Part shown: positions 55,072 to 64,000 of the stretch, piece by piece
Layout: each line of letters starts with the position of its first letter
Numbering within the stretch: position 1 is the first letter of the stretch
Source of the DNA: Planctomycetota bacterium
GTDB lineage: Bacteria; Planctomycetota; PUPC01; JACPCR01
Length of the DNA stretch: 64,000 nucleotides
Reading direction: 5' to 3'
Assembly: GCA_027625095.1 (NCBI GenBank)
Contig: JAQBXN010000005.1
Span: 22,959 to 86,958 of the forward strand
Translations under genes and position numbers: made by a program
Notes under the pieces: generated by a model
Seen by the model: only the letters and a program-made list of their open reading frames with translations
Database searches by the model: none
What the model was told of the DNA's origin: nothing

Positions 55072-56172
55072 ATGAGTCGCATTGAATGGGAAAAGATAAA
55101 GATAAGTGATGTTGATTATGAGACGGCCGGTGTCTTGGACGTTAATAACGACGGAATTCTGGATATCGTAAGTGGCGGATTCTGGTACGAGGGGCCGGAT
55201 TGGAAGCAGCACAAAATTTGTGACGTAAAAAAGGTTGCAGAATATTACAACGACTTTGCGACCATCCCAATGGACATTAATGGAAATGGTTTTATGGACG
55301 TTGTTTCGTGTAACTGGTTCGATCAGGCAATATTCTGGCGGGAAAATCCTGGTGCCGCCGGCGGGGAGTGGAAGACCCACCATATTGATCAATGTGGAAA
55401 TTCAGAAACGGCCATTGCATGGGATGTTGATGGAGACGGTGAACTGGAGGTGGTTCCAAATGCTGTAAATGGCCCACTGGCCTACTACAAGCTGGTTAAA
55501 GATTCGGCAGGGCGTGGTACGGGTGAATTCAAGAAGGTGGTACTTGCTGAAGAGCATCAGGGCCACGGGCTTGGCTTTGGCGATATCGCCGGTCATGGGA
55601 AAGGTGATTTTGTTGTTAAGAACGGTTGGTGGGAAGCACCAGAGAACCAAGGAGAGAGTTGGACGTTCCACGCTGACTTCGAGCTGGGTTCAGCAAGTGT
55701 TCCGATTCTTGTTGAGGACATCAATGGGGACGGCGTCAATGAATTAGTCGTTGGTAACGCGCACGGATACGGTCTTGATTACTACACCCAAACGGTAATG
55801 GAGGATGGTTCCAGAAAGTGGACCAAGCATCCGATCGATCCATATTTTTCTCAGTATCACTGCTTGATTTGGGCAGATGTTGATGGCGACGGGTCCAGCG
55901 AATTAGTTACCGGAAGCCGGTATCGTGCTCACAACGGCAATGACAAGGGTGAAACGGACGAAGTCGGACTTTACGTTTTCAAGTGGCACGGTGAAGGCTT
56001 TATGAAACAAGTTGTTGACCATGGCCGAGTTCCGGAGGCATCGGGGGCGGGGCTTTATTTTACCGTCGCTGACATAGATGGAGATGGACGACTGGATATT
56101 GTTGCCCCTGGCAAGGAGGGCCTGTACCTGTTCAAGAATAAAGGGTGGGCCAAGGGCGAGGCACCAGAATGA
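55072..56172 (+). CDS. FG-GAP/VCBS repeat beta-propeller protein
   Basis: 366 aa. Six Ca-binding-like loops: DVNNDGILDIV, DINGNGFMDVV, DVDGDGELEVV, DINGDGVNELV, DVDGDGSSELV, DIDGDGRLDIV. No obvious signal peptide. Confidence 0.75.
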   Translation: MSRIEWEKIKISDVDYETAGVLDVNNDGILDIVSGGFWYEGPDWKQHKICDVKKVAEYYNDFATIPMDINGNGFMDVVSCNWFDQAIFWRENPGAAGGEWKTHHIDQCGNSETAIAWDVDGDGELEVVPNAVNGPLAYYKLVKDSAGRGTGEFKKVVLAEEHQGHGLGFGDIAGHGKGDFVVKNGWWEAPENQGESWTFHADFELGSASVPILVEDINGDGVNELVVGNAHGYGLDYYTQTVMEDGSRKWTKHPIDPYFSQYHCLIWADVDGDGSSELVTGSRYRAHNGNDKGETDEVGLYVFKWHGEGFMKQVVDHGRVPEASGAGLYFTVADIDGDGRLDIVAPGKEGLYLFKNKGWAKGEAPE

Positions 56173-56174
56173 CC

Positions 56175-56921
56175 TCATTCTTTCAATCGGAGGCGTTTCA
56201 GTAGTGTCGGATAGGCATCCGGCCGGATGGTGTTCTGAGGTGTGAGGCTGGCTCGCAGGGCTCCTTCAACCTGTAGTTGTTCAAGGAGCAGTCCAAGCGC
56301 AAGTTTGCCGATGTCAGCCTCAATCACCTGGGGCTTGAACATGTTCATCAGAGCATTCGATGCCTGCTGGATTTGTTCTATGTGACAGCTCTCGTATGCT
56401 TCGACCTCGATTTCATAGTGACCGATCTGCAGCCCGGAAACCAGGTATGTCACCCGGTCCAGGACGATTTCTCCAATGTCCTGATTACCCGCCCTCAGCA
56501 ACAAAGTGGTTCGCTCATTCTTGCGGTCATGAATGATTTGCAGGCCCGTCAATTTCAGCGCTTCAAGAGGATCATCACAGTCGGACGCGGGTCGCCCGAG
56601 GGTCACTGCAAGTTGGTCGAGGGCCTTGTACACTGCATCGATTGCACCAGGCCACTCCCCTTCAATCTCAGTTCGTTGGGACGCCGAGGTTGGGCCCTTC
56701 AGTGCAATTTTGATCGATTCGGATATTCGCAATCTCAGAGCAAACATTCTGTCACTGAGTTCCCCTCCGACGGTGTCAAAATAGACATCCCGCAAAGCCT
56801 TGGTTTCAGGTTCGCTAAGAGTTAACCCGGCAAGCTCAGTCAGTGTTGAAATGCGACCGAAAACGCTCTCCGGCTGGTCAGCAACCACAATCAGCGTTGT
56901 CTCAAATTCGATGTCAGACAT
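56175..56921 (-). CDS. CYTH-like (triphosphate tunnel metalloenzyme) domain protein
   Basis: 248 aa. N-terminal IEFETTL (ExExT rather than the canonical ExExK), then RDVYFDT, ALRLR, IALKGP and later EIE/EVE strands. Its ATG (56919-56921) abuts the TAA (56922-56924) of the upstream gene. Confidence 0.55.
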   Translation of the reverse strand: MSDIEFETTLIVVADQPESVFGRISTLTELAGLTLSEPETKALRDVYFDTVGGELSDRMFALRLRISESIKIALKGPTSASQRTEIEGEWPGAIDAVYKALDQLAVTLGRPASDCDDPLEALKLTGLQIIHDRKNERTTLLLRAGNQDIGEIVLDRVTYLVSGLQIGHYEIEVEAYESCHIEQIQQASNALMNMFKPQVIEADIGKLALGLLLEQLQVEGALRASLTPQNTIRPDAYPTLLKRLRLKE

Positions 56922-57716
56922 TTAGAGATCGAGAACCTCATAGCTCTTCTGGAGATAATTGCTGCCGATATTCACTGAGCGAAGGCCGTTTGTTTCGTGG
57001 ATATGGTGCAGATGTGTATGCCCGCAGAAGTGGTGTCGGATTTGAGGATAAAGTAGCAGCAATTCACCGAGGCCACGGCTACCCATAAATGCATTGCAGA
57101 AGCCCCAGACCGGCCCTGGCCTCTGCACACGCATTTCTTCAAACGCAATCATGTGTGTGACCACCACGATCGTTTCCGTTTGGGACAGCATACTTTGAAT
57201 CCCCTTTTCCAGCGTTTCCAGACATTGGTTGTGAAATTGGGTATCGCTGATGTCCATTTTCACGAATAAACCATCATTCCAACGTGCATATTTTGGATGG
57301 TAGTTTTGCTCGAGATACTTTCGCGGAACTTCCAAGTCGGGGTCTCGAAAGCTGTAGTCGTACCATCCAATGCTGCCCGCGACTCCAATTCCATCGATAA
57401 CTACAGGATTTCCTTCCAGATATTCAAAGCCAGATTCTTGAGCCAGGGAAGCGAATAAATGGTCGTAGATAGCCAGTGAATCTCCGTCACGGGTCCATAA
57501 GTCGTGATTACCGCAGAGAACGAATTTTCTGCCCGGGAAACCGGAAAACAGTTGGAAACATTCGTAAAAGTGCGCGGCATCGAACGCTGCAGTGTCCCCG
57601 GCCAGAATCAAGGCGTCGGCCCCAGTAGAGTTAATTTTCCTGGCCATTTCACGTGTTGATGCATCACCAGTCTCATTCTTACCAAAGTGCAGGTCTGCAG
57701 TCAGGATGAGCCTCAT
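56922..57716 (-). CDS. Calcineurin-like metallophosphoesterase
   Basis: 264 aa. Motifs: LTADLHFG, ILAGDTA, CGNHDLW, VVTHM, CGHTHLHH. Confidence 0.8.
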   Translation of the reverse strand: MRLILTADLHFGKNETGDASTREMARKINSTGADALILAGDTAAFDAAHFYECFQLFSGFPGRKFVLCGNHDLWTRDGDSLAIYDHLFASLAQESGFEYLEGNPVVIDGIGVAGSIGWYDYSFRDPDLEVPRKYLEQNYHPKYARWNDGLFVKMDISDTQFHNQCLETLEKGIQSMLSQTETIVVVTHMIAFEEMRVQRPGPVWGFCNAFMGSRGLGELLLLYPQIRHHFCGHTHLHHIHETNGLRSVNIGSNYLQKSYEVLDL

Positions 57717-57808
57717 CGGTGGAATTCCGTCTGATTCAAGTTAAATCGGTCCCTTTAACATCGAGCGGGGGTTGGTAAAATCATCCCTTATCACCTTAAG
57801 GGTCACAC

Positions 57809-59242
57809 ATGAAAGTTCCAAAATTTTTCATCCTTGCTTGTATCCTGGCCACGGAGGCCACGGCAGATATTGTCTTTCTGAACAATGGTGGCAAGTTTGA
57901 GGGTACGGTGATTGAGGATGGGGACAAAATAATCATCGTTACCAATAACGGCGCTCGCATTCCCCTGCCGCTTTCCGATGTAAAGTCGATCAGTCGCAAA
58001 CAGTTGCCTGAAGAAGAATACCGCAAGCGTCTGGAAAGCCTTGACCGCACCAGCGCAAAGGCGGTGTATCAGCTTGCATTGTGGTGTAAAGCCAATGAGT
58101 TCAATGAGGAGCATGAAAAGCTTCTCGAAGACGTCATTGAGCTGGAGCCGGATCATGCCAAGGCAAAGGAGATACTTTACTCCTATCAGAAGACCTATCG
58201 ACGCCTGCCGTCGAACAACGAAGCAGAGGCCAAACTTGAATCCGAGCTCGGCCAGAAATTCAATGTTGTTCGAACCCAACATTTCCGCATTGCTTACGAT
58301 ACGGATTCAAGCTTTGCGGACAATCGAGGGCAGCTGTTTGAATCGGTGTATCGGGCGTTTTACGGCTTCTTCGAAAAGAGGAATTTCCCGTTGAAGACCA
58401 TGCAGGACAGGATGGAGGTAGTGCTTTTTGACTCCCACTCAGATTTCCTGAATTACGCTCGCAAACGCAGTCCTATGCTCGAGAGTTCTGCCGGTTTTTA
58501 CTCGCCGATGGAAAATCGTGTAGCCTTTTTCAATTCATTGAATGCCGCTGGGTATGAGCAGCAGCGACAAGCTATTCTTGAGGCGGAAGCTCGAATAAAA
58601 AATCAACGAAAGGAACTCTCCAACTCCAGGGCGACAAAATTCACCTTTACCGACTCTGATGGGAACAGGAAGGTGGTTTCCAAATCCGGCGCCATGAACC
58701 TGATGGCCAAGGAGGAGCGAAAAGTTCGCGATCAGAGGAGAAAGCTGACCAGTTATTACAAGAACGAAAACGTCACCACCACAGTTCACGAATGTCTGCA
58801 CCAGCTGGCCTTCAATCTTGGTGTCCAGGAAATGAAAGGAGACGTGCCAAAGTGGATTGGTGAGGGGCTCGCTACTTTCTTTGAGACTGCCAGCTATGGT
58901 TCGCTCCTGCAGATCGGCCAGGTCAACAAGGAACGGCTAGAGTTCTATCACAGGATCAGGCAGGCCGGGCCGTTGATTCCTATGGAAGTCATGGTCGGTC
59001 GAGATGAGATTTACGATCTCAGTTCGCCTGGGGCCGCCTCGGCTGCGTATGCTCAAGGATGGGGAATGGTCCACTACTTCTTTGAAAAGAAGGAAAAGGA
59101 ATTTCTTCAATTCCTGCAGATGTTGAACAAAAAAAACGGCAACTCCGATCCGCCGGTTCGAATACGCGATTTTGAGGCAGCATTCGGGAACTTAAAAAAT
59201 ATCGAGCAGGATTGGGTGGCCTACATGGACGGACTCAAGTAG
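57809..59242 (+). CDS. Exported DUF1570-like protein with HExxH motif (putative zinc metallopeptidase-like)
   Basis: 477 aa with signal peptide (MKVPKFFILACILATEATA). HECLH motif within TTVHECLHQLAFN. The overall layout resembles DUF1570 proteins. Confidence 0.65.
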   Translation: MKVPKFFILACILATEATADIVFLNNGGKFEGTVIEDGDKIIIVTNNGARIPLPLSDVKSISRKQLPEEEYRKRLESLDRTSAKAVYQLALWCKANEFNEEHEKLLEDVIELEPDHAKAKEILYSYQKTYRRLPSNNEAEAKLESELGQKFNVVRTQHFRIAYDTDSSFADNRGQLFESVYRAFYGFFEKRNFPLKTMQDRMEVVLFDSHSDFLNYARKRSPMLESSAGFYSPMENRVAFFNSLNAAGYEQQRQAILEAEARIKNQRKELSNSRATKFTFTDSDGNRKVVSKSGAMNLMAKEERKVRDQRRKLTSYYKNENVTTTVHECLHQLAFNLGVQEMKGDVPKWIGEGLATFFETASYGSLLQIGQVNKERLEFYHRIRQAGPLIPMEVMVGRDEIYDLSSPGAASAAYAQGWGMVHYFFEKKEKEFLQFLQMLNKKNGNSDPPVRIRDFEAAFGNLKNIEQDWVAYMDGLK

Positions 59243-59446
59243 CGGCCCAGGAACTGGATTCCGTGGGTCAAGTTCAATTCCTACCAGACAATCGCCAGGA
59301 GGCCAAGGCATTGCATCCTTGGGAGCCAAACCGAGGGGGATAAGAGCGATTCATGGGCCTGGTAAAACCCGGGGGATTACTCGTCCGTTTCTTCCCGGCA
59401 ACCGACTTTATTTAACTATTCGCTGAAGCAAACCAGGAGTTATCAA

Positions 59447-60373
59447 ATGATGAGAGAACAGGCATCCAGAAAGGGCAGGGAATACTTCGACAAACTGCAT
59501 GAAACGCCTTCGTTCGGTAAACACGGTTTCAACCTCGATGACCTGCGACGTTGCATGGGGTCGCGGCGGGAACCAACGATTCCAAATGTTCGGCTCACAA
59601 AAGTCGATGCTGCGGGAGTTCCATCTGAATGGGTCGTGGCAGATGGCGCGGACTCTGGTGTGCGAATGCTTTACCTCCATGGTGGTGGCTACATCTCCGG
59701 CTCGGGAGCGTATTATCTGGCGCTTGCCGCGCGGATTTCTGTTGCAGCCAACTGTGCGGTCCTGCTGCCGGATTATCGGTTAGGGCCGGAACATCCGTTT
59801 CCGAAAGGACTCGATGATTCTGTTCACGCGTTTGAGTGGATGAGGGAGACGGGCCCGGAAGACCACTCAACTGCAGGAGCCTGTTTTATCTGCGGAGATT
59901 CCGCCGGGGGTGGCATGGCCCTGGCAGCGCTGTTGAAGCTTCGGGATGAAGGCAAGCCGTTGCCTGATGGAGCTATCCCTATTTCACCTTATGCAGACCT
60001 CACCTTGTCCGGTGAATCGCTTGTTACGGAGGGCGAACTTGATCCCATCATGCATCCGAATTGCCTTCCGGATTTTGTGAGCCGTTATGTGGGAGATGCT
60101 GATGTTCACGATCCACTGGTGTCCCCGGCTTTTGGTGACTACACCGGGCTACCGCCAATTCTGATTCAAGTAGGGGAGCACGAGATTATCCGTGACGACA
60201 GTGTCAAGGCGGCAGAACGGGCCACACTTGCTGGCGTGGATGTCACCCTCGAAATCTGGCCGGGCATGTTTCACGTGTTCCAATCACACGAGCCGCTGCT
60301 GCCGGAAGGGCGGGAGGCAATTGAACATATCGGGGAATTTGTAAAGAGATGTTTGCGGGGCGAGGTCGCGTAG
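59447..60373 (+). CDS. Alpha/beta hydrolase fold-3 esterase/lipase (HSL family)
   Basis: 308 aa. Oxyanion HGGGY, nucleophile elbow GDSAGG, and distal Asp/His (DPL..., MFHVF). Confidence 0.85.
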   Translation: MMREQASRKGREYFDKLHETPSFGKHGFNLDDLRRCMGSRREPTIPNVRLTKVDAAGVPSEWVVADGADSGVRMLYLHGGGYISGSGAYYLALAARISVAANCAVLLPDYRLGPEHPFPKGLDDSVHAFEWMRETGPEDHSTAGACFICGDSAGGGMALAALLKLRDEGKPLPDGAIPISPYADLTLSGESLVTEGELDPIMHPNCLPDFVSRYVGDADVHDPLVSPAFGDYTGLPPILIQVGEHEIIRDDSVKAAERATLAGVDVTLEIWPGMFHVFQSHEPLLPEGREAIEHIGEFVKRCLRGEVA

Positions 60374-60382
60374 CATCGCGTT

Positions 60383-61798
60383 TCAATCGCATTTCAGATC
60401 CGCGGGATGTTCAAGCATTTCCTTCGTCTGCTTCGGGTCTATCTGTACTGGATAATTGCCAGAAAAACAGGCGTGGCAGTAATCCATCGGCTCATCCGGA
60501 ACGCATGAGAGCATGCCTTCCACAGAGAGATAGCCCATACTGTCGACATCAAGCATCTTTGCGATCTCATGTACCTCGCGGCCATTGGCGATGAGTTCTT
60601 CTTTCGTTGGAAAATCGATTCCATAAAAGCATGGGTTTCTGATGGGAGGGCAGCTTACTCTGAGATGAATTTCCTTGGGGCCGACTTCACGCAATTGCCT
60701 TATCTTTTCGACGGTGGTTACTCCCCGCACCACTGAATCATCCACGACAACGATACGCTTGCCGCGGATCACCTCCTCAACTGTATTCAATTTCATATTG
60801 ACCTTGCGGCCCCGGTCTTTGGCGTCTGGATCGATGAAGGTACGTCCAACGTAGTGATTTCTAATGAAACCCTGATCAAGGGGGATGCCAGACTCGAGTG
60901 CATAGCCTTGTGCGGCGGAATTGCCGGAGTCGGGCACTGGGAATACCACATCCGCTTCCACCGGATATTCGCGTGCGAGTTGTCGACCGAGCCGCTGGCG
61001 GAACAAGTGAACACTTTCGCCGTTCAGACGGCTGTCGGGCCGGGCAAAGTAAATCTTTTCAAAGATACATTGGGCGCGTTGTTTCTGAGGCTCGCCAAAT
61101 CGTCGGCTGTCAAGCCCCCAGTCATCGATAAACAGCGCTTCACCGGGTTTGATTTCACGCACAAATTTTGCGCCCAGCAGATCGAGCGCACAGGTCTCAG
61201 AGGCCACCACGTATGAGCCTTCGAGGGTGCCCAGGCAGAGGGGGCGGAACCCGTGCGGGTCGCGCACGGCAACGAGTTCGCGTGGCGTGAGAATTAGCAG
61301 GCAGAAGGCGCCTTTTATCCTTTGCACCGAATCCAGAATAGCTGCCCGGTTTTCACTGAAGCCCGGCCTTGCGATCAGGTGAACGATAGTTTCAGTGTCG
61401 CTTGTTGTCTGAAATATCGACCCCGCCGCTTCAAATTCGCGTCTCAGTACCTGGGCGTTTACCAGGGTGCCGTTGTGCGCCACCGCGACTTGGCCCCTCC
61501 AGTAATCAACCAAAATGGGCTGAGCATTCTGCAATGTTGGCGAGCCGGCCGTCGAATACCTGACATGACCGATGGAGATCGGGTTCTTGAGCAGTTCTAA
61601 ATCGGCGCTTTTGAATACCTCGGATACCAGGCCCAATCCACGGTGACTGCGCAGGCGCTCCCTGTTGGAACTGACGATGCCTGCGCCTTCCTGTCCACGA
61701 TGTTGCAGGGTGAATAGACCTCTGAACGTCAGTTCAACAGCATCCGGAAGATTCCAGACGCCAAACAGCCCGCATGCCTCATGAATCTCTGAGCCCAT
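60383..61798 (-). CDS. purF: Amidophosphoribosyltransferase
   Basis: 471 aa. N-terminal nucleophile CGLFGV, HRGQEGAGI, HVRYSTAG, and PRTase loop (VVVDDSVVRGVT). Confidence 0.95.
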   Translation of the reverse strand: MGSEIHEACGLFGVWNLPDAVELTFRGLFTLQHRGQEGAGIVSSNRERLRSHRGLGLVSEVFKSADLELLKNPISIGHVRYSTAGSPTLQNAQPILVDYWRGQVAVAHNGTLVNAQVLRREFEAAGSIFQTTSDTETIVHLIARPGFSENRAAILDSVQRIKGAFCLLILTPRELVAVRDPHGFRPLCLGTLEGSYVVASETCALDLLGAKFVREIKPGEALFIDDWGLDSRRFGEPQKQRAQCIFEKIYFARPDSRLNGESVHLFRQRLGRQLAREYPVEADVVFPVPDSGNSAAQGYALESGIPLDQGFIRNHYVGRTFIDPDAKDRGRKVNMKLNTVEEVIRGKRIVVVDDSVVRGVTTVEKIRQLREVGPKEIHLRVSCPPIRNPCFYGIDFPTKEELIANGREVHEIAKMLDVDSMGYLSVEGMLSCVPDEPMDYCHACFSGNYPVQIDPKQTKEMLEHPADLKCD

Positions 61799-61829
61799 AG
61801 TTAACAGCGTGTGAGCGGGGTTAGAGGAA

Positions 61830-62867
61830 TCAGAAAAATCTGCGGTTTAGAAGCCCTGTAGTTTCTTCCCTCCCGAATATCAGGTTCATGTTCTGCACAG
61901 CCTGACCTGAGGCGCCCTTGATCATGTTGTCTGTAGCGCTGAAAACCATGACCTTGTTTGAACCGGGATCGGCGAAGATGCTGATATCGCAGAGGTTTGT
62001 ATCACGCACACCCTGTAGATCAATCAGACTGGGATCATCGGTAATTCTGATGAAGGGTTCTCCGTCATAAAAATCCCTGTAAATCGCCAGAACGTCGCTC
62101 TGTTTGAGTCTTTCGGTGGTCTCAAGAAAACTGGTGGAATAGATACCGCGATCCAGCGGTACGACATGTGGAAAAAAAATGACCCGCTGTGAACGCCCTG
62201 AAGCCTCCTCAATTGCCTGCTCCATTTCGGGAGCGTGGCGATGCGTGCCCAGCTTGTAGCCTTTGACATTTTCGTTGCAGTGGACGAACAGGTTGGTCTC
62301 GTTGTAAGTGCGCCCTCCCCCGCTGAGCCCGGAAAACGCGTCGATGGGAATGGGTGCGTTGACTGCCTTGCCGGAAGCCACAAGCGGCGTGATGGCCAGG
62401 ATGGCAGTCGTGGCGTAGCAACCGGGATTGGCGACCAGGTCGGCGCTTATAATCTGCTCCCGGAATAACTCCGGAAGCCCGTAAACAGCCCGTTCGAGAA
62501 TTTCGGGGCAGAGGTGTTTGGTCTTGTAATGAGCCTCATACGTTTCTGCCGACTTCAGTCGAAATTCCGCTCCGATATCGATGACCTTACGGCCCGCTTC
62601 CAACAACGGCGGGACTAGTGCCATAACCTCGGGGGTCTTGCTGGCAAGGAATACGACATCAGAGCTATCGATGAGGCGTTCCGGAGTAATATCTTCGCAG
62701 GTCAGATCTATGGCGCCACGGAGCTTGGGCAAGATTTCCTGGATCTTCTTGCCTGCCGCGTGACGGGATCCTAAGAATGTGATTTCTGCCTCAGGATGGC
62801 CAAGGATGATTTGAATAAGGCCCTCGCCGACCATTCCGGTGGAGCCTACGATGCCGACTCTTATCAT
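61830..62867 (-). CDS. argC: N-acetyl-gamma-glutamyl-phosphate reductase
   Basis: 345 aa. MIRVGIVGSTGMVGEGL Rossmann start, active-site NPGCYATT, and the C-terminal DNMIKGASGQAVQNMN block. Confidence 0.95.
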   Translation of the reverse strand: MIRVGIVGSTGMVGEGLIQIILGHPEAEITFLGSRHAAGKKIQEILPKLRGAIDLTCEDITPERLIDSSDVVFLASKTPEVMALVPPLLEAGRKVIDIGAEFRLKSAETYEAHYKTKHLCPEILERAVYGLPELFREQIISADLVANPGCYATTAILAITPLVASGKAVNAPIPIDAFSGLSGGGRTYNETNLFVHCNENVKGYKLGTHRHAPEMEQAIEEASGRSQRVIFFPHVVPLDRGIYSTSFLETTERLKQSDVLAIYRDFYDGEPFIRITDDPSLIDLQGVRDTNLCDISIFADPGSNKVMVFSATDNMIKGASGQAVQNMNLIFGREETTGLLNRRFF

Positions 62868-62869
62868 AC

Positions 62870-62932
62870 GTAATGAGTAATGGGTAATGAGTAATGAGTA
62901 ATGAGTAAGAGGCTGTTCCCATTACTCATTAC
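62870..62932. repeat. Heptamer tandem repeat (GTAATGA)n with inverted partner, immediately upstream of the argC start
   Basis: GTAATGA GTAATGG GTAATGA GTAATGA GTAATGA GTAAGAG (62870-62911), then 8 nt, then CATTACTCATTAC (62920-62932). The 13-mer is complementary to 62891-62903 and, in a slipped register, to 62884-62896. In argC sense the leader reads (TCATTAC)n-GT-ATG. Confidence 0.95.
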
Positions 62933-62935
62933 TTT

Positions 62936-64000
62936 TTACTCTTTACGTATTGCTGACGCGCCGCTGCCAAGACACTCGGCCGGAACCAGCAGCAATTCTG
63001 GACTGGCAGCCGCATACGGCGGAACACCGAGAAGATATATACCCGCAGCGTCTTCACAACGGCTTATCTGAAATGACCAGACTGCACCGTCTGAGCCTGC
63101 TGGAACTGTTACTCCGAATTCTTCGCCAGGAGAATAGTTGCCTTTCTTATCTAGAATGATTTCTCCTTTGGCGTCACGTATCTCTATCTGCCCCCATCCG
63201 TCGGAAGTGGTCATGGCCACGGCGAATGACTTTGTGCCTTTGGGGACGAAGAAGAATTGTCTGCCGGATCCACCGATAACGTGGGCCCTCCCCCCTTCCT
63301 TCAGTACCCAGGCGTAGTGCCTCTTGCCGAAGTCGATGTTTGAGGCCATTCCACCGCACTCGAAAGTAATTTCGCTCAGAGACGCATGCCCCCTCCCGGG
63401 CAAGGGGCTGCTCTCTGGAATCAGGTAGGCTAGATCATATGGCTTGTCGCCTTCGAGTTTGCCCTCGATCAGCGGCTTCATATCGTCGATCGCTCTAATG
63501 ATATATTTGCCGGCGACCTTGCGAACGAATCCCGGCTGGATGCGAATGGTGACCGCTTCCCCTCTCTTGCCGGCAAAGACAAAACTATTGCTGATGCGAT
63601 ACCTGGGCGATGCCTTCTTTACCGGAGTGGCTCCCGGCGTTTCTGAAGGGAGTTGCACGAGATTGTCGGAATAGGTCGGAGAATCCACTTCAACGGCGTG
63701 GCCGTATTGGGCCAGGTCGTCCTTGAACATTCCCTGGATCTCTGCATGAGTGAACATCGGCGGCGGTTGGACTATTACGATTTCTTTTTCATTGATGGCC
63801 TCCCATTCGCCCGAAGCCTCCAAGTCATCCTCGAGGTCGAGAGCGGCCTCGTCCTTTTCCTGTTGATCCGGGTCTGAGCTCGTCAGATTCGCTTTTGGTT
63901 GGGCTGGGGCATCAAGTGGCGCATCGGAGGTCTTCCACCGCTCAATCTCCAGCTTTGGAGTTCGTTTGCTGACCCGCCAGAGACGCCGTTCACGGAACTG
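62936..64000 (-). CDS. Hypothetical protein, 5' end probably outside the window
   Basis: The ORF track starts it at a TTG (63823). However, the same frame stays open with no stop up to base 64000 (...WKTSDAPLDAPAQPKANLTSSDPDQQEKDEAALDLEDDLEASGEW...). No family recognised. Confidence 0.5.
   Translation of the reverse strand, partial: QFRERRLWRVSKRTPKLEIERWKTSDAPLDAPAQPKANLTSSDPDQQEKDEAALDLEDDLEASGEWEAINEKEIVIVQPPPMFTHAEIQGMFKDDLAQYGHAVEVDSPTYSDNLVQLPSETPGATPVKKASPRYRISNSFVFAGKRGEAVTIRIQPGFVRKVAGKYIIRAIDDMKPLIEGKLEGDKPYDLAYLIPESSPLPGRGHASLSEITFECGGMASNIDFGKRHYAWVLKEGGRAHVIGGSGRQFFFVPKGTKSFAVAMTTSDGWGQIEIRDAKGEIILDKKGNYSPGEEFGVTVPAGSDGAVWSFQISRCEDAAGIYLLGVPPYAAASPELLLVPAECLGSGASAIRKE

Overview
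Densely coding bacterial chromosomal segment with about 50 protein genes. I recognised no rRNA, tRNA, CRISPR array or IS/transposon. All family calls come from motif recognition by eye on the supplied translations; no searches or alignments were run. Gene content (Tat-exported Gfo/Idh/MocA oxidoreductase, DUF1080, DUF1570, DUF4058, three PhyH dioxygenases, FG-GAP, FHA/PEGA/TPR) suggests a Planctomycetota/PVC-like genome; this is inference only. Layout: (i) 128-16531 is one unidirectional minus-strand cluster. It holds exported glycan-active proteins, a PIG-L/NagB-like amino-sugar pair, two large paralogous discoidin + GH-like proteins, and a translationally coupled Tat-Gfo/Idh/MocA dehydrogenase + heptahaem cytochrome c. 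A divergent sigma-54 response regulator flanks it. (ii) 18-44 kb holds mixed accessory genes (mogA, SGNH, PhyH, DUF4058, GT4, orphan GspE/PilB ATPase, C45 peptidase, FHA-PEGA-TPR, MFS, a beta-solenoid repeat protein) interleaved with guaA and hisD. (iii) 44-64 kb holds CPBP protease, xerC/D, an enolase-superfamily enzyme, uvrD/pcrA, priA, a radical-SAM SplB-like + nucleosidase-like pair, a Pur-alpha-like protein, FG-GAP, a metallophosphoesterase + CYTH pair, DUF1570, an esterase, purF and argC. Most notable observations: a gene absent from the ORF track, encoding a SelW/Rdx-family selenoprotein with in-frame UGA (CxxU), a downstream hairpin and a strong terminator (27294-27527); the periplasmic dehydrogenase/heptahaem cytochrome module inside the glycan cluster; and a family of TTAC-phased 7-8 nt tandem repeats confined to intergenic regions, including the leaders of hisD and argC.
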